A stretch of DNA of 40,633 nt from Macrostomum lignano (taxonomy: Eukaryota), in the NCBI GenBank assembly GCA_002269645.1, contig NIVC01004609.1:1-40633 (forward strand), read 5' to 3'. Shown in pieces: positions 29,592-40,633 of this stretch. The notes beneath the pieces were generated by a model that was not told where the DNA came from, did not search any database, and saw only the letters and a list, made by a program, of their open reading frames with translations. The translations under genes and the position numbers were made by a program. The stretch's first letter is position 1; each line of letters starts with the position of its first letter.

Positions 29592-30729
29592 CTTCAACAT
29601 CATCCGCGACTGCTACGAGTGCCGAAACGCGCACAGATTCTGCTACGCCTGCATCTATGAGTGGAGCGAGCAGTCGGGCCAGGGCTCGAATCTCTGTCCC
29701 GTGTGCCGCTGTCCGGGCGAGTACGCGCACAACGCATCACTAAACGAACGCCTCGGAAAGCGCCGGGTGCGCTGCACGGAGGCGCCGCCAGGCAAGTGCA
29801 ATTGGCGCGGCTGTCTCAGCGACCTAGACGGTCATAAGCACCGGCAGTACGAGTTGCACGAGATCTACACCAGCTCGGAGCTGCCCAGCCTGCGACCCGA
29901 GCGCACGGGTGAGACGGTAAGTGGCCAGCGACTGACAACCACGGAGCTAGTGAAACAGCACAGCGAGGCTAAAACGGCGGCTGCAGCGGCCACCACTCCG
30001 GTGGAAACAACAGCAGCCTCGATCACAGCGGCTGGAGCAGACAGCAGCGGTGGGGCTCGTCTGCTGGGCCGAAGGCAGCAAGACTCGGCCAGGCGGCTAC
30101 CCAGCGCCCAGCAGCGGCAGCAGCTGCAACAACAGGACTCGCAGCCCCAGCAATCGCAGCCACTGCAATACAAGCGGCTCGTCCGACCCCGACCGCCGCC
30201 GCCGAGTGCGGCTCAGCGGCTGCGCGAAAGTCGCGAGCAGCTGTCACTGCTCATGACGCTGCTCACTATTCAGATGCAGGAACGGCAGCAGGCGATGCAA
30301 CAGGCCCAGCTAGAGGCGAGGCGGCGCGAGATCGAGCGACGCAGGCAGCTGGCCGAGATTGACAACCTGAACAGGCGGCTGGCGCAGGTGGCCGCAGACG
30401 TTAACCAACCGACGCCGCAGCAGCAGTTGGGACAGCAGCAGCAGCCGCTGCAACAACCGCAACAGCAAAGACAGTTGGCACAGCAGCAGCAGCCGCAGCA
30501 ACAACGGCTACCGGCTATTGGCGCAAGCGTTCGAAGCAACTCCACAACGACTCAGAGAGGTGGTACTAGCAGAACAGGTGGCGGAGGTGGAGGCAGCTGG
30601 TCAACAACCGCAACAGCAAAGACAGTTGGCACAGCAGCAGCAGCCGCAGCAACAGGCCGCTCCACGGCTACCGGCTATTGGCGCAAGCGTTCGAAGCAAC
30701 TCCACAACGACTCAGAGAGGTGGTACTAG
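29592..30729 (+). CDS. Exon 2 of the RING/TRAF-type zinc finger gene with a Gln-rich coiled-coil tail
   Basis: Acceptor CGCAG|29592. The spliced protein reads CRIC-FNIIRDCYE-C-RNA-H-RF-C-YA-C-IYEW...NL-C-PV-C (C3HC4), then VRC...KCNWRGCLSDLDGH and poly-Q/coiled coil. It is in frame with ORF 29701-30729. Confidence 0.8.
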
Positions 30730-32211
30730 CAGAACAGGTGGCGGAGGTGGAGGCAGCAATGGTCACGCCTGAGACGCATGGCTGGTGCGAATGGCTAATG
30801 CAGCTGTCAGTGACCCAACTCGCACCCGAACTCGAGGATACGGTGTATTGAAAGACTTCGACTTGAATTTTTATATGCACCAAAAATCAGAATTTGTGCT
30901 TTTTTTCTGTGATCCATGAAAACCGCTTTTGCAGACAAATAGGCTGGTTCGACTGTTTTATAGTGCGACTCTCTCTCCACACACACACGTGCATGTATGT
31001 ACAGCGATGCACTGCTATCTGCAGTGCAACAGTAGCTTTCCACTGCATAGATGATTAAGTTTGTTACCTTTCCGCATCGCATTGTCCTAATGCTTTCAAA
31101 TCTGAAACTATTTGCTTGCTTAACCGCTGTCAAAGTGCTATGTATTTTAGTTTTATAAATTTGCCAGGTCTTTATATTTTCCCTATAATATTATATAGAG
31201 TCAAGCTTTCTATAATCGCTATCCAAAAATAGGCTGTCAATCGTGATTTTATTTCTGTAGAACGATAGATCGCATGTCCTAAATAAATGGACGTTCCGTC
31301 CACACAGATAGATAATATACGGTTTAAAAGCTTAAAAAAGGCAAAGTATGGAAGTCTTAAAAGTAGTCATGTATTTTAACTTCGTTAAAATTGTAACGCA
31401 GAAAGAGAATTTAATTACACGCAAATATCTACTACAAAGCTTTCATAGACAGACGGCTTCATTCTTAGCAGAATTTTTAAACCGTCAATTTTAACAAATG
31501 CAAGCGGTATTATACTACTGATTAGAATGAAAGTAGTATCGCTTTTGAATATTGACAGTCACTCTATTAGTCATTTGAGCTGTGGTGCTTTGGACATAGG
31601 CTATAAAATAAACAAAAAAATGGGAAAATGACTGTCGATACGGGACTGGGAGCTAAGTGACATGTTTATCTGACCAGTTTTACTATCCATTTTATATTAG
31701 TCTATGGCACAAACGTGTTAGCATAAAATACTGTGTTTGTTATTGACTATAGTCAAGTTTGCTTGTCTAAAGTCCCGATCATCGTAAAAGCGAGATTTTT
31801 GCAGAGCCCATTTGGGCTTACACACATTGAGTTTAATCCAAGATATGTTTGCCAATTAGTAATGGAGCTTTTGTCTATGGTAGCAAAGGTGTGGTCCAAC
31901 AATTTGGTCCATACCGGCATAACTGACAGGCAGTGAGGACGGAAGCACGAGAGCAAGATCAGCCCCAGAATCGTGGATAATACGCCAGACTGTTGAACAA
32001 ACGCCATTGGCTTTTGATCGAAGCGCATTTTTGACCATGCTAAATAAAATGCTCTTTTTGTTTTTGTTATAATTGAGCCAATTGAATTTTTTGACGTCAC
32101 CCTCTTGGTACAAACTACAACTATAACTCACGATTGGGTTTCAAATTGATGCTTATTGGACCAAATTAAACGTAATAGCAATTTTTCTAGCGAGTTCCGA
32201 GTTGCAGAGAC

Positions 32212-32588
32212 TCAAGGCGACTGCGGATCGGCCACGGTATCCGACTCCTCCGTGACCTCCTCCTCGCTGATGCCCACCTCCTCCTCTTCGTCGTCCATCT
32301 CCTCATCTTCCTCCTCCTCTTCCTCGTCTTCTTCTTCCTCCTCATCTTCGTCGTTACCGCCGCCGTCCTCGGAGGAGGCGAGCGAGGCCGACCGGCTGGC
32401 ACGGACGGCGGGTGCAGCCGGCCTGCACAGCTGCTTGGCAGCGGCGGAGAACTTGGCAGCCAGCTGGGCCTCGAGCCGGCTCAGCAGCTCCTCCTCGTTC
32501 ACTGGCCTGTCCGGGTCAAACCAGCACCGGCTGGCGAGGGCGGCAGAGTCTCAGAGAACAGCGTGGCAGTTGGCAAGCCGGCCATGGG
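32212..32588 (-). CDS. Putative exon or small gene with an acidic (E/D) tract, product unknown
   Basis: GC-rich coding-like frame ...DSAALASRCWFDPDRPVNEEELLSRLEAQL...DEDEEEEE...PQSP*. Candidate acceptor TTGCAG|32588, but there is an in-frame TGA at 32551-32553. Confidence 0.35.
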
Positions 32589-32631
32589 CTGCAATTGGGA
32601 ATTGATGAATTTCGCCTTGCAACTGTGAGCA

Positions 32632-33322
32632 TCCTCTACTGAGCATCCTCTCTACTGAGCATCCTCTCTACTGAGCATCCTCTCTACTGAGCATCCTCTC
32701 TACTGAGCATCCTCTCTACTGAGCATCCTCTCTACTCTCTACTGAGCATCCTCTCTACTGAGCATCCTCTCTACTGAGCATCCTCTCTACTGAGCATCCT
32801 CTCTACTGAGCATCCTCTCTACTGAGCATCCTCTCTACTGAGCATCCTCTCTACTGAGCATCCTCTCTACTGAGCATCCTCTCTACTGAGCATCCTCTCT
32901 ACTGAGCATCCTCTCTACTGAGCATCCTCTCTACTGAGCATCCTCTCTACTGAGCATCATCTCTCTACTGAGCATCCTCTCTACTGAGCATCCTCTCTAT
33001 CATCCTCTTACTGAGTATCATCTCTACTGAGTATCATCTCTACTGAGTATCATCTCTACTGAGTATCATCTCTACTGAGTATCATCTTTACTGAGTATCA
33101 TCTCTACTGAGTATCATCTTTACTATCATCTTTACTGAGTATCATCTCTACTGAGTATCATCTTTACTGAGTATCATCTCTACTGAGTATCATCTCTACT
33201 GAGTATCATCTCTACTGAGTATCATCTCTACTGAGTATCATCTCTACTGAGTATCATCTCTACTGAGTATCATCTTTACTATCATCTTTACTCAGCATCA
33301 TCTCTATTGAGTATCATCTCTA
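32632..33322. repeat. 16-bp minisatellite (ACTGAGCATCCTCTCT)n grading into (ACTGAGTATCATCTCT)n
   Basis: 16-nt period with a variant switch near 33000. Confidence 0.96.
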
Positions 33323-33685
33323 CTAAGTATTATCCTTAATAAATTCAAATCCCATGTACTTACAGCTAGAAAGATTAATATGTCTTAAAAAGTACTTATA
33401 GCAAATTATATAAAAAAGACAGGCAAAACATTGTAAGGCAACAACCAGGTCTCTTAATACGAGCTAATAGATCAACTATATAATTTTCGCATACAAAGAG
33501 TGCAAATTTTCGCGGAAAAATGCAGATCTCCTACTACATTTAAGAGCATAACTAAATGCTCAAAATATTGGTTGGTATGTAGTGTTAGACTCGTTTCTGT
33601 CTGTCACAATTGTTCTTAATATCTCCAGCTGAAATTTCTATAAACATGCGAGTATTCCCTATCTTTTAAAACACTGTGCACTTGC

Positions 33686-34010
33686 GACACCCTGCAGCAC
33701 GTGACTGACACTCCCAATCCGACTTCATGACACCCTGCAGCACATGACTGACACTCCCAATCCGACTTCATGACACCCTGCAGCACACGACTGACACTCC
33801 CAATCCGACTTCATGACACCCTGCAGCACATGACTGACACTCCCAATCCGACTTCATGACACCCTGCAGCACATGACTGACACTCCCAATCCGACTTCAT
33901 GACACCCTGCAGCACACGACTGACACTCCCAATCCGACTTCATGACACCCTGCAGCACACGACTGACACTCCCAATCCGACTTCATGACACCCTGCAGCA
34001 CACGACTGAC
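33686..34010. repeat. 43-bp tandem repeat, ~7.5 copies
   Basis: GACACCCTGCAGCAC recurs every 43 nt from 33686. Confidence 0.96.
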
Positions 34011-34063
34011 AACCCAAACAGCTCTTTAACGCAAACATAAGCCAGCCAGCTGGCAATCGTGCA

Positions 34064-34451
34064 TCACAAGGCCTCTCGGCGGTTTTGCCTAGCCTTGGCC
34101 TGCTGCAGGAACTGGCCGTACTCGGAGGTCATGCCCTTGGCCTGCTGGCTCAACCGATTCGCTTCGTCGACGTCAGTCGGTCCGCCGTCGCCTCGCCGCA
34201 TCATGACGGCCAACAGGCCGCAGCCGGCTCCGTCGCCGGCGTCGCACGCGGTGCCGGCCAGTTTGCGGGCCTCGGCAGCCTGGCCGGCCTGAAGGCATTC
34301 AACAGCAGCGCTGACGCAGGCGAGGCCGACGCCGTCGCGATCGCCGGGACCGAGGCAGGCGCGGCGGAGCAGAGCCATGCCGGCTTCCAAGCTGCCCGCG
34401 CTGCGGCCGCCGTCCAATAGACGGGAGCGGGCCAGGCAAATACAGGAGCGC
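34064..34451 (-). CDS. COA7: COA7-like Sel1-repeat protein, exon 2
   Basis: Acceptor CCGCAG|34451 (phase 2). Reads RSCICLAR...MALLRRAC...ACVSAA...RKLAGTACDAGDGAGCGLLAVMMRRGDGGPTDVDEANRLSQQAK, matching the COA7 C-terminal ACD.G...AC.....M...GDG...D...A pattern. Confidence 0.75.
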
Positions 34452-34524
34452 CTGCGGATTCAAGATTTAGCGCTTGCAAATTATGCCTGTCTGTTAGCCT
34501 TGGTTTGTCTGCCTCCAGTGTTTG

Positions 34525-35020
34525 CGTTTCAGGTGCATTAGTGTCTGTCTGTGTTTCAGGTGTATTAGTGTCTGTCTGTGTTTCAGGTGTATTAGTGTCT
34601 GTCTGTGTTTCAGGTGTATTAGTGTCTGTCTGTGTTTCAGGTGTATTAGTGTCTGTCTGTGTTTCAGGTGTATTAGTGTCTGTCTGTGTTTCAGGTGTAT
34701 TAGTGTCTGTCTGTGTTTCAGGTGCATTAGTGTCTGTCTGTGTTTCAGGTGTATTAGTGTCTGTCTGTCTGTGTCTCAGGTGTATTAGTGTCTGTCTGTC
34801 TGTCTGTGTCTCAGGTGTATTAGTGTCTGTCTGTCTGTGTTTCAGGTGTATTAGTGTTTGTCTGTGTCTCAGGTGTATTAGTGTCTGTCTGTCTGTGTCT
34901 CAGGTGTATTAGTGTCTGTCTGTCTGTGTCTCAGGTGTATTAGTGTCTGTCTGTCTGTGTTTCAGGTGTATTAGTGTCTGTCTGTCTGTGTTTCAGGTGT
35001 ATTAGTGTCTGTCTGTCTCG
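34525..35020. repeat. 27-bp-based minisatellite (TCAGGTGTATTAGTGTCTGTCTGTGTT)n filling the COA7 intron
   Basis: Direct periodicity with extra GTCT units in later copies. Confidence 0.95.
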
Positions 35021-35259
35021 GTGTCTCAAGTGTCATAATCTCTGTCTGTCTCAGTGTCTCAAGTGCCCTAGTGTCTGTGTGTCTCTGTCTTAAGTGTTCC
35101 AGTGTCTCAGTGTTTCAATATCTGCCTGACTCGGTGTCTCAGCTCAAAGTCCCTATGTATCATTGTGTAAGTGGCTGTTTATGTACAAGTGTCTGACTAC
35201 GCCTTAGTCTCAATAATCTCAATGTCTCTATGCCTCAGCCAGCCAGCAGACCTACGCAC

Positions 35260-35672
35260 CGATGCAGCAGCCGGTTGCAGGCCCGGTCATAATAAGCATT
35301 AGCCTCGGCCGGGTCGCAGTCCGGATGCGCTGGAGCCCCAACCGGATGGCCATGCGGCCCGTTCCGCTTATAGTTGGCGTACTTGAAGCAGCTCTCCGCG
35401 TGGCCGTGAAGATCGCAGTTGTGCTTGAACACGGCCGCGCCCTCGGCTGGCTGCTTCCGCCACATGGATAGCCACTGGCCGAGTGAGTGACAGGCGTCCT
35501 TGTTACCGTCCTGGTAGCAGGCGTAGCTGAACTGGAAGCCCCGTTCGCGCATCTGTTCAACTAGTTCAGACTCCGTCTTTAGCTCCATCAGGCCGTGATC
35601 GGGGTTGGCAGGATCGTAATCGGCCGCAGCCTCCAATATTGGGTCATCATCTTCTTCCGGCTTCTTCGACAT
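35260..35672 (-). CDS. COA7: COA7-like Sel1-repeat protein, exon 1
   Basis: ATG 35672. LMELKTESELVEQMRERGFQFSYACYQDGNKDACHSLGQWLSMWRKQPAEGAAVFKHNCDLHGHAESCFKYANY aligns by eye with human COA7 (...ECNYHCYHEKDPDGCYRL...[24 protein letters not shown]). Donor CG|GTGCGT is phase 2 and matches exon 2. The spliced CDS is 801 nt. Confidence 0.8.
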
Positions 35673-35755
35673 TGCCTGATGGCGAAGTCGCAGAAGTTTT
35701 GCCGATTGGCCGAATACACAGCAATGAAGAATATGTAGGGACAGACGGAATAAAT

Positions 35756-38700
35756 TGCAGGTTGTTGACATGGCAGGTTGGTGAAATGGCAGTTTGGTAA
35801 AATGGCAGGTTGGTGACATGGCAGGTTGGTGACATGGCAGTTTGGGGAAATGGCAGTTTGGGAAAATGGCAGGTTGGTGACATGGCAGGTTGGTGAAATG
35901 GCAGTTTGGGGAAATGGCAGTTTGGGGAAATGGCAGGTTGGTGACATGGCAGGTTGGTGACATGGCAGTTTGGTGAAATGGCAGGTTGGTGAAATGGCAA
36001 GTTGGTGAAATGGCATGCTAGTGAAATGGCAGGTTGGTGAAATGGCATGCTAGTGAAATGGCAAGTTGGTGAAATGGCATTCTAGTGAAATGGCAGGTTG
36101 GTGAAATGGCATGCTAGTGAAATGGCAAGTTGGTGAAATGGCAGGTTGGTGAAATGGCAAGTTGGTGAAATGGCAGGTTGGTGAAATGGCAGGTTGGTGA
36201 AATGGCAGGTTGGTGAAATGGCAGGTTGGTGAAATGGCAGTTTGGTGAAATGGCAGGTTGGTGAAATGGCAGGTTGGTGAAATGGCAAGTTGGTGAAATG
36301 GCAGGTTGGTGAAATGGCAAGTTGGTGAAATGGCATTCTAGTGAAATGGCAGGTTGGTGAAATGGCAGGTTGGTGAAATGGCAGGTTGGTGAAATGACAT
36401 GCTAGTGAAATGGCAAGTTGGTGAAATGGCATGCTAGTGAAATGGCAGGTTGGTGAATTGGCATGCTAGTGAAATGGCAAGTTGGTGAAATGGCAGGTTG
36501 GTGAAATGGCAGGTTGGTGAAATGGCAAGTTGGTGAATGGCAAGTTGGTGAAATAGCAGGTTGGTGAAATGGCAGGTTGGTGAAATGGCAGGTTGGTGAA
36601 ATGGCAGGTTGGTGAAATGACATGCTAGTGAAATGGCAAGTTGGTGAAATGGCATTCTAGTGAAATGGCAGGTTGGTGAAATGGCAGGTTGGTGAAATGG
36701 CAGGTTGGTGAAATGGCAAGTTGGTGAAATGGCAAGTTGGTGAAATGGCAAGTTGGTGAAATGGCAAGTTGGTGAAATGGCAGGTTGGTGAAATGGCAAG
36801 TTGGTGAAATGGCAGGTTGGTGAAATGGCAGGTTGGTGAAATGACATGCTAGTGAAATGGCAAGTTGGTGAAATGGCATGCTAGTGAAATGGCAGGTTGG
36901 TGAAATGGCAGGTTGGTGAAATGGCAGGTTGGTGAAATGGCAAGTTGGTGAAATGGCAGGTTGGTGAAATGGCAGGTTGGTGAAATGGCAAGTTGGTGAA
37001 ATGGCAAGTTGGTGAAATGGCAAGTTGGTGAAATGGCAGGTTGGTGAAATGGCAGGTTGGTGAAATGGCAAGTTGGTGAAATGGCAGGTTGGTGAAATGG
37101 CAAGTTGGTGAAATGGCAGGTTGATGAAATGGCAAGTTGGTGAAATGGCAGGTTGGTGAAATGGCAGGTTGGTGAAATGGCAGGTTGGTGAAATGGCAGG
37201 TTGGTGAAATGGCAAGTTGGTGAAATGGCAGTTTGGTGAAATGGCAGGTTGGTGAAATGACATGCTAGTGAAATGGCAAGTTGGTGAAATGGCATGCTAG
37301 TGAAATGGCAGGTTGGTGAATTGGCATGCTAGTAAAATGGCAAGTTGGTGAAATGGCAAGTTGGTGAAATGGCAAGTTGGTGAAATGGCAGGTTGGTGAA
37401 ATGGCAGGTTGGTGAAATGGCAAGTTGGTGAAATGGCAGGTTGGTGAAATGGCAGGTTGGTGAAATGGCAAGTTGGTGAAATGGCAAGTTGGTGAAATGG
37501 CAAGTTGGTGAAATGGCAGGTTGGTGAAATGGCAGGTTGGTGAAATGGCAAGTTGGTGAAATGGCAGGTTGGTGAAATGGCAAGTTGGTGAAATGGCAGG
37601 TTGATGAAATGGCAAGTTGGTGAAATGGCAGGTTGGTGAAATGGCAGGTTGGTGAAATGGGAGGTTGGTGAATTGGCATGCTAGTGAAATGGCAAGTTGG
37701 TGAAATGGCAGGTTGGTGAAATGGCATGTTGGTGAAATGGCAGGTTGGTGAAATGGCATGTTGGTGAAATGGCAAGTTGGTGAAATGGCAGGTTGGTGAA
37801 ATGGCAGGTTGGTGAAATGGCAGGTTGGTGAAATGGCAGGTTGGTGAAATGGCAAGTTGGTGAAATGGCAGGTTGGTGAAATGGCAAGTTGGTGAAATGG
37901 CAGTTTGGTGAAATGGCAGGTTGGTGAAATGACATGCTAGTGAAATGGCAAGTTGGTGAAATGGCATGCTAGTGAAATGGCAGGTTGGTGAATTGGCATG
38001 CTAGTGAAATGGCAAGTTGGTGAAATGGCAAGTTGGTGAAATGGCAGTTTGGGGAAATGGCAGGTTGGTGAAATGGCAGGTTGGTGAAATGGCAAGTTGG
38101 TGAAATGGCAGGTTGGTGAAATGGCAGGTTGGTGAAATGGCAAGTTGGTGAAATGGCAAGTTGGTGAAATGGCAAGTTGGTGAAATGGCAGGTTGGTGAA
38201 ATGGCAGGTTGGTGAAATAGCAAGTTGGTGAAATGGCAGGTTGGTGAAATGGCAAGTTGGTGAAATGGCAGGTTGATGAAATGGCAAGTTGGTGAAATGG
38301 CAGGTTGGTGAAATGGCAGGTTGGTGAAATGGCAGGTTGGTGAAATGGCAGGTTGGTGAAATGGCAAGTTGGTGAAATGGCAGTTTGGTGAAATGGCAGG
38401 TTGGTGAAATGACATGCTAGTGAAATGGCAAGTTGGTGAAATGGCATGCTAGTGAAATGGCAGGTTGGTGAATTGGCATGCTAGTGAAATGGCAAGTTGG
38501 TGAAATGGCAAGTTGGTGAAATGGCAAGTTGGTGAAATGGCAGGTTGGTGAAATGGCAGGTTGGTGAAATGGCAAGTTGGTGAAATGGCAGGTTGGTGAA
38601 ATGGCAGGTTGGTGAAATGGCAAGTTGGTGAAATGGCAAGTTGGTGAAATGGCAAGTTGGTGAAATGGCAGGTTGGTGAAATGGCAGGTTGGTGAAATGG

Positions 38701-39208
38701 CAAGTTGGTGAAATGGCAGGTTGGTGAAACGGCAAGTTGGTGAAATGGCAGGTTGATGAAATGGCAAGTTGGTGAAATGGCAGGTTGGTGAAATGGCAGG
38801 TTGGTGAAATGGCAGGTTGGTGAAATGGCAGGTTGGTGAATTGGCATGCTAGTGAAATGGCAAGTTGGTGAAATGGCAGGTTGGTGAAATGGCAGGTTGG
38901 TGAAATGGCATGTTGGTGAAATGGCAGGTTGGTGAAATGGCATGTTGGTGAAATGGCAGGTTGGTGAAATGGCAAGTTGGTGAAATGGCAAGTTGGTGAA
39001 ATGGCAGGTTGGTGAAATGGCAGGTTGGTGAATTGGCATGCTAGTGAAATGGCAAGTTGGTGAAATGGCAGGTTGGTGAAATGGCAGGTTGGTGAAATGG
39101 CATGTTGGTGAAATGGCAGGTTGGTGAAATGGCATGTTGGTGAAATGGCAGGTTGGTGAAATGGCAAGTTGGTGAAATGGCAAGTTGGTGAAATGGCAGG
39201 TTGGTGAA
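35756..39208. repeat. ~3.45-kb 16-bp satellite (GGTTGGTGAAATGGCA)n, ~215 copies with variants
   Basis: 16-nt period; recurring variants (ATGCTAGT, AAGTT, CAGTTT) form higher-order blocks. Confidence 0.98.
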
Positions 39209-40082
39209 AAAGCAATCGCATGCTGTTTAAACAGAATGACATTGAATACAGTCTTCCGTTGTCTCATACTCTTAGAATACCTCTGCCAAAAGAACAAACT
39301 AAATTTTCAGTACAGCTACCAAATCACTTATGATAGAAAAGAATCAGTCTGAATTATTATTTAGAACAAAGCAAACAATATACATTCGGCGCCAATGCGA
39401 GTGATTACATTTTGGCAAAATCATTATTAGAGACATCACAGAATCCGTACAGAAAACAAACTGACTTTTTATTTATTCAAGTCACGCAATATTAAATTCG
39501 CCTGGTGACAGAACATATGAAAAACTTACTTTGATTTGATTAATCATGAAACCATCCCATGTCATTTGATTAGGGAATTAGGGATTCATTAGGGAATTCA
39601 TTAGGGAATTAGTCATGACACCATTTCAAATCATTAGATTAGTCATTACACTATACCAGACCATTAGATTAGTCATGATACTATCCCAAGCCATTGAGTT
39701 TGACACCATCCTAGGTCACTGAAATAGTCACGACACCATCGCAGGTCATTAGATTTTTATCATTGAAATATAGGATTTGCTTGTAGGACGCTACGCAACA
39801 AGATTAATGCAAAGGTGCATTCGGGAATAATCAAAATTTGATCAGTAATAAAAATTTCAGATTATAATTTACCAAAATTAGCACGCAGAGAATGTTGGCT
39901 TGAAGTACAAACGAATTTGATAAGAAATCTCTCTGAATAATTCCACTCACTACTAACAGTAGCGCTAGTATTACTAGACGTTCAAAATGGCAGATGCATA
40001 AGAATATTGTGATCAGGAAGTCGAAAACAACTTTGAAAGTTAATGCTTTTAATGGGCAAAATTTTCAAACGAAGAAAATGAA

Positions 40083-40238
40083 TCATTTCGAAGATTTCGC
40101 CTGACTGTAAAACTCCAGCAGGGCATAGGTCGTATGTAGTTCTCCAGCTTCTTCATAGGCAGCCTAGATAGAAAGCAATAGTCGCGCAGGAATACCATAG
40201 TATGAATGAGGTCTGGCGGGTACTCCGGCTGCTTGCCT
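40083..40238 (-). CDS. WASHC5: WASH complex subunit 5 (strumpellin), last exon; one 1-nt deletion
   Basis: Acceptor CTAATACACTTTCCTGCAG|40238. Reads GKQPEYPPDLIHTMVFLRDYCFLSRLPMKKLENYIR(P)YALLEF, resembling the strumpellin C-terminus [43 protein letters not shown] (recalled, not searched). Confidence 0.7.
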
Positions 40239-40280
40239 CTGCAGGAAAGTGTATTAGAAATTTGTGTATATTTTATTTAC

Positions 40281-40283
40281 TAA

Positions 40284-40369
<86 letters not shown>

Positions 40370-40425
40370 ATAGTAGTAATAGTAGTAGTAGTAGTAGTAG
40401 CAGTAGAAGTAGTAGCAGCAGCAGC
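40281..40425. repeat. (TAG)n/(CTA)n trinucleotide microsatellite in the WASHC5 intron
   Basis: Directly visible. Confidence 0.98.
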
Positions 40426-40435
40426 AAGCACTCAC

Positions 40436-40633
40436 TGCGGCAGCTGGTCCAACTGTGAGCGCACCACTTTGCCCAGCATAGCCAGCAGGTCTTCCTGTGT
40501 GTCGGAGTGAAACTGCCGCATGACGTCACGCAGCCGGCAGTGAACGGCATCCCGTCGATGGTGCCAGCCGTCTGGCTGTGAGAGTTGTGACGGACTTGTC
40601 AAACTGCAGAGCCTGCACAGCACACTGATAGCC
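40436..40633 (-). CDS. WASHC5: WASHC5 (strumpellin) penultimate exon, partial; two 1-nt deletions
   Basis: Donor CA|GTGAGT at 40435, phase 2, compatible with the next exon. Reads LQFDKSV...IDGMPFTAGCVT.MRQFHSDTQEDLLAMLGKVVRSQLDQ versus strumpellin LQYNKNL...[39 protein letters not shown]. Confidence 0.7.

Noticed and set aside
31740-32140. Possible LINE RT fragment on the minus strand (YLGL, CSTVW motifs)
   Set aside because: The motifs are too short, in inconsistent order, and lie in different frames; not supportable without a search.
35588-39297. Many long ORFs (HQPAISPTCHFTNLPF repeats), including the satellite-derived N-terminus of ORF 35235-35963
   Set aside because: These are translation artefacts of a stop-free 16-bp satellite. 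Only 35260-35672 is COA7 coding.
40202-40550. Poly-Val, poly-Leu and poly-Ser ORFs
   Set aside because: Translation of the (TAG)n intronic microsatellite.

Overview
Eukaryotic (animal) genomic DNA: GT-AG introns, GC-rich exons and minisatellite-filled introns. The style resembles a lophotrochozoan or flatworm such as Macrostomum, but this is inference only. Left part: a 5-exon CUB-LDLa-TM type I membrane protein gene (+), with an intronless antisense tandem-C2 (synaptotagmin-like) ORF nested in intron 1. Centre (10.8-26.8 kb): six tandem, intronless, mixed-orientation Cys-loop ligand-gated ion channel-like paralogs. They have divergent ligand-binding domains lacking the acetylcholine aromatic box and vicinal Cys, a near-identical ~220-265 bp M1-M3 pore cassette, an unusual M2 (D-1', P0', M9') and only a ~20-25 aa M3-M4 loop. 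This is the main candidate novel system: a variable-sensor/constant-pore receptor array reminiscent of cephalopod chemotactile receptors. Right part: a 2-exon RING + TRAF/SINA-type zinc-finger gene (+), an orphan acidic exon, COA7 (-), a 3.4-kb 16-bp satellite and the 3' end of WASHC5/strumpellin (-). Also present are tRNA-derived SINEs, LINE 3' remnants, a hAT-type MITE, a Crypton-like remnant and several hairpins. Single-base deletions in conserved genes suggest long-read indel errors, so some frameshifts may be artefacts.
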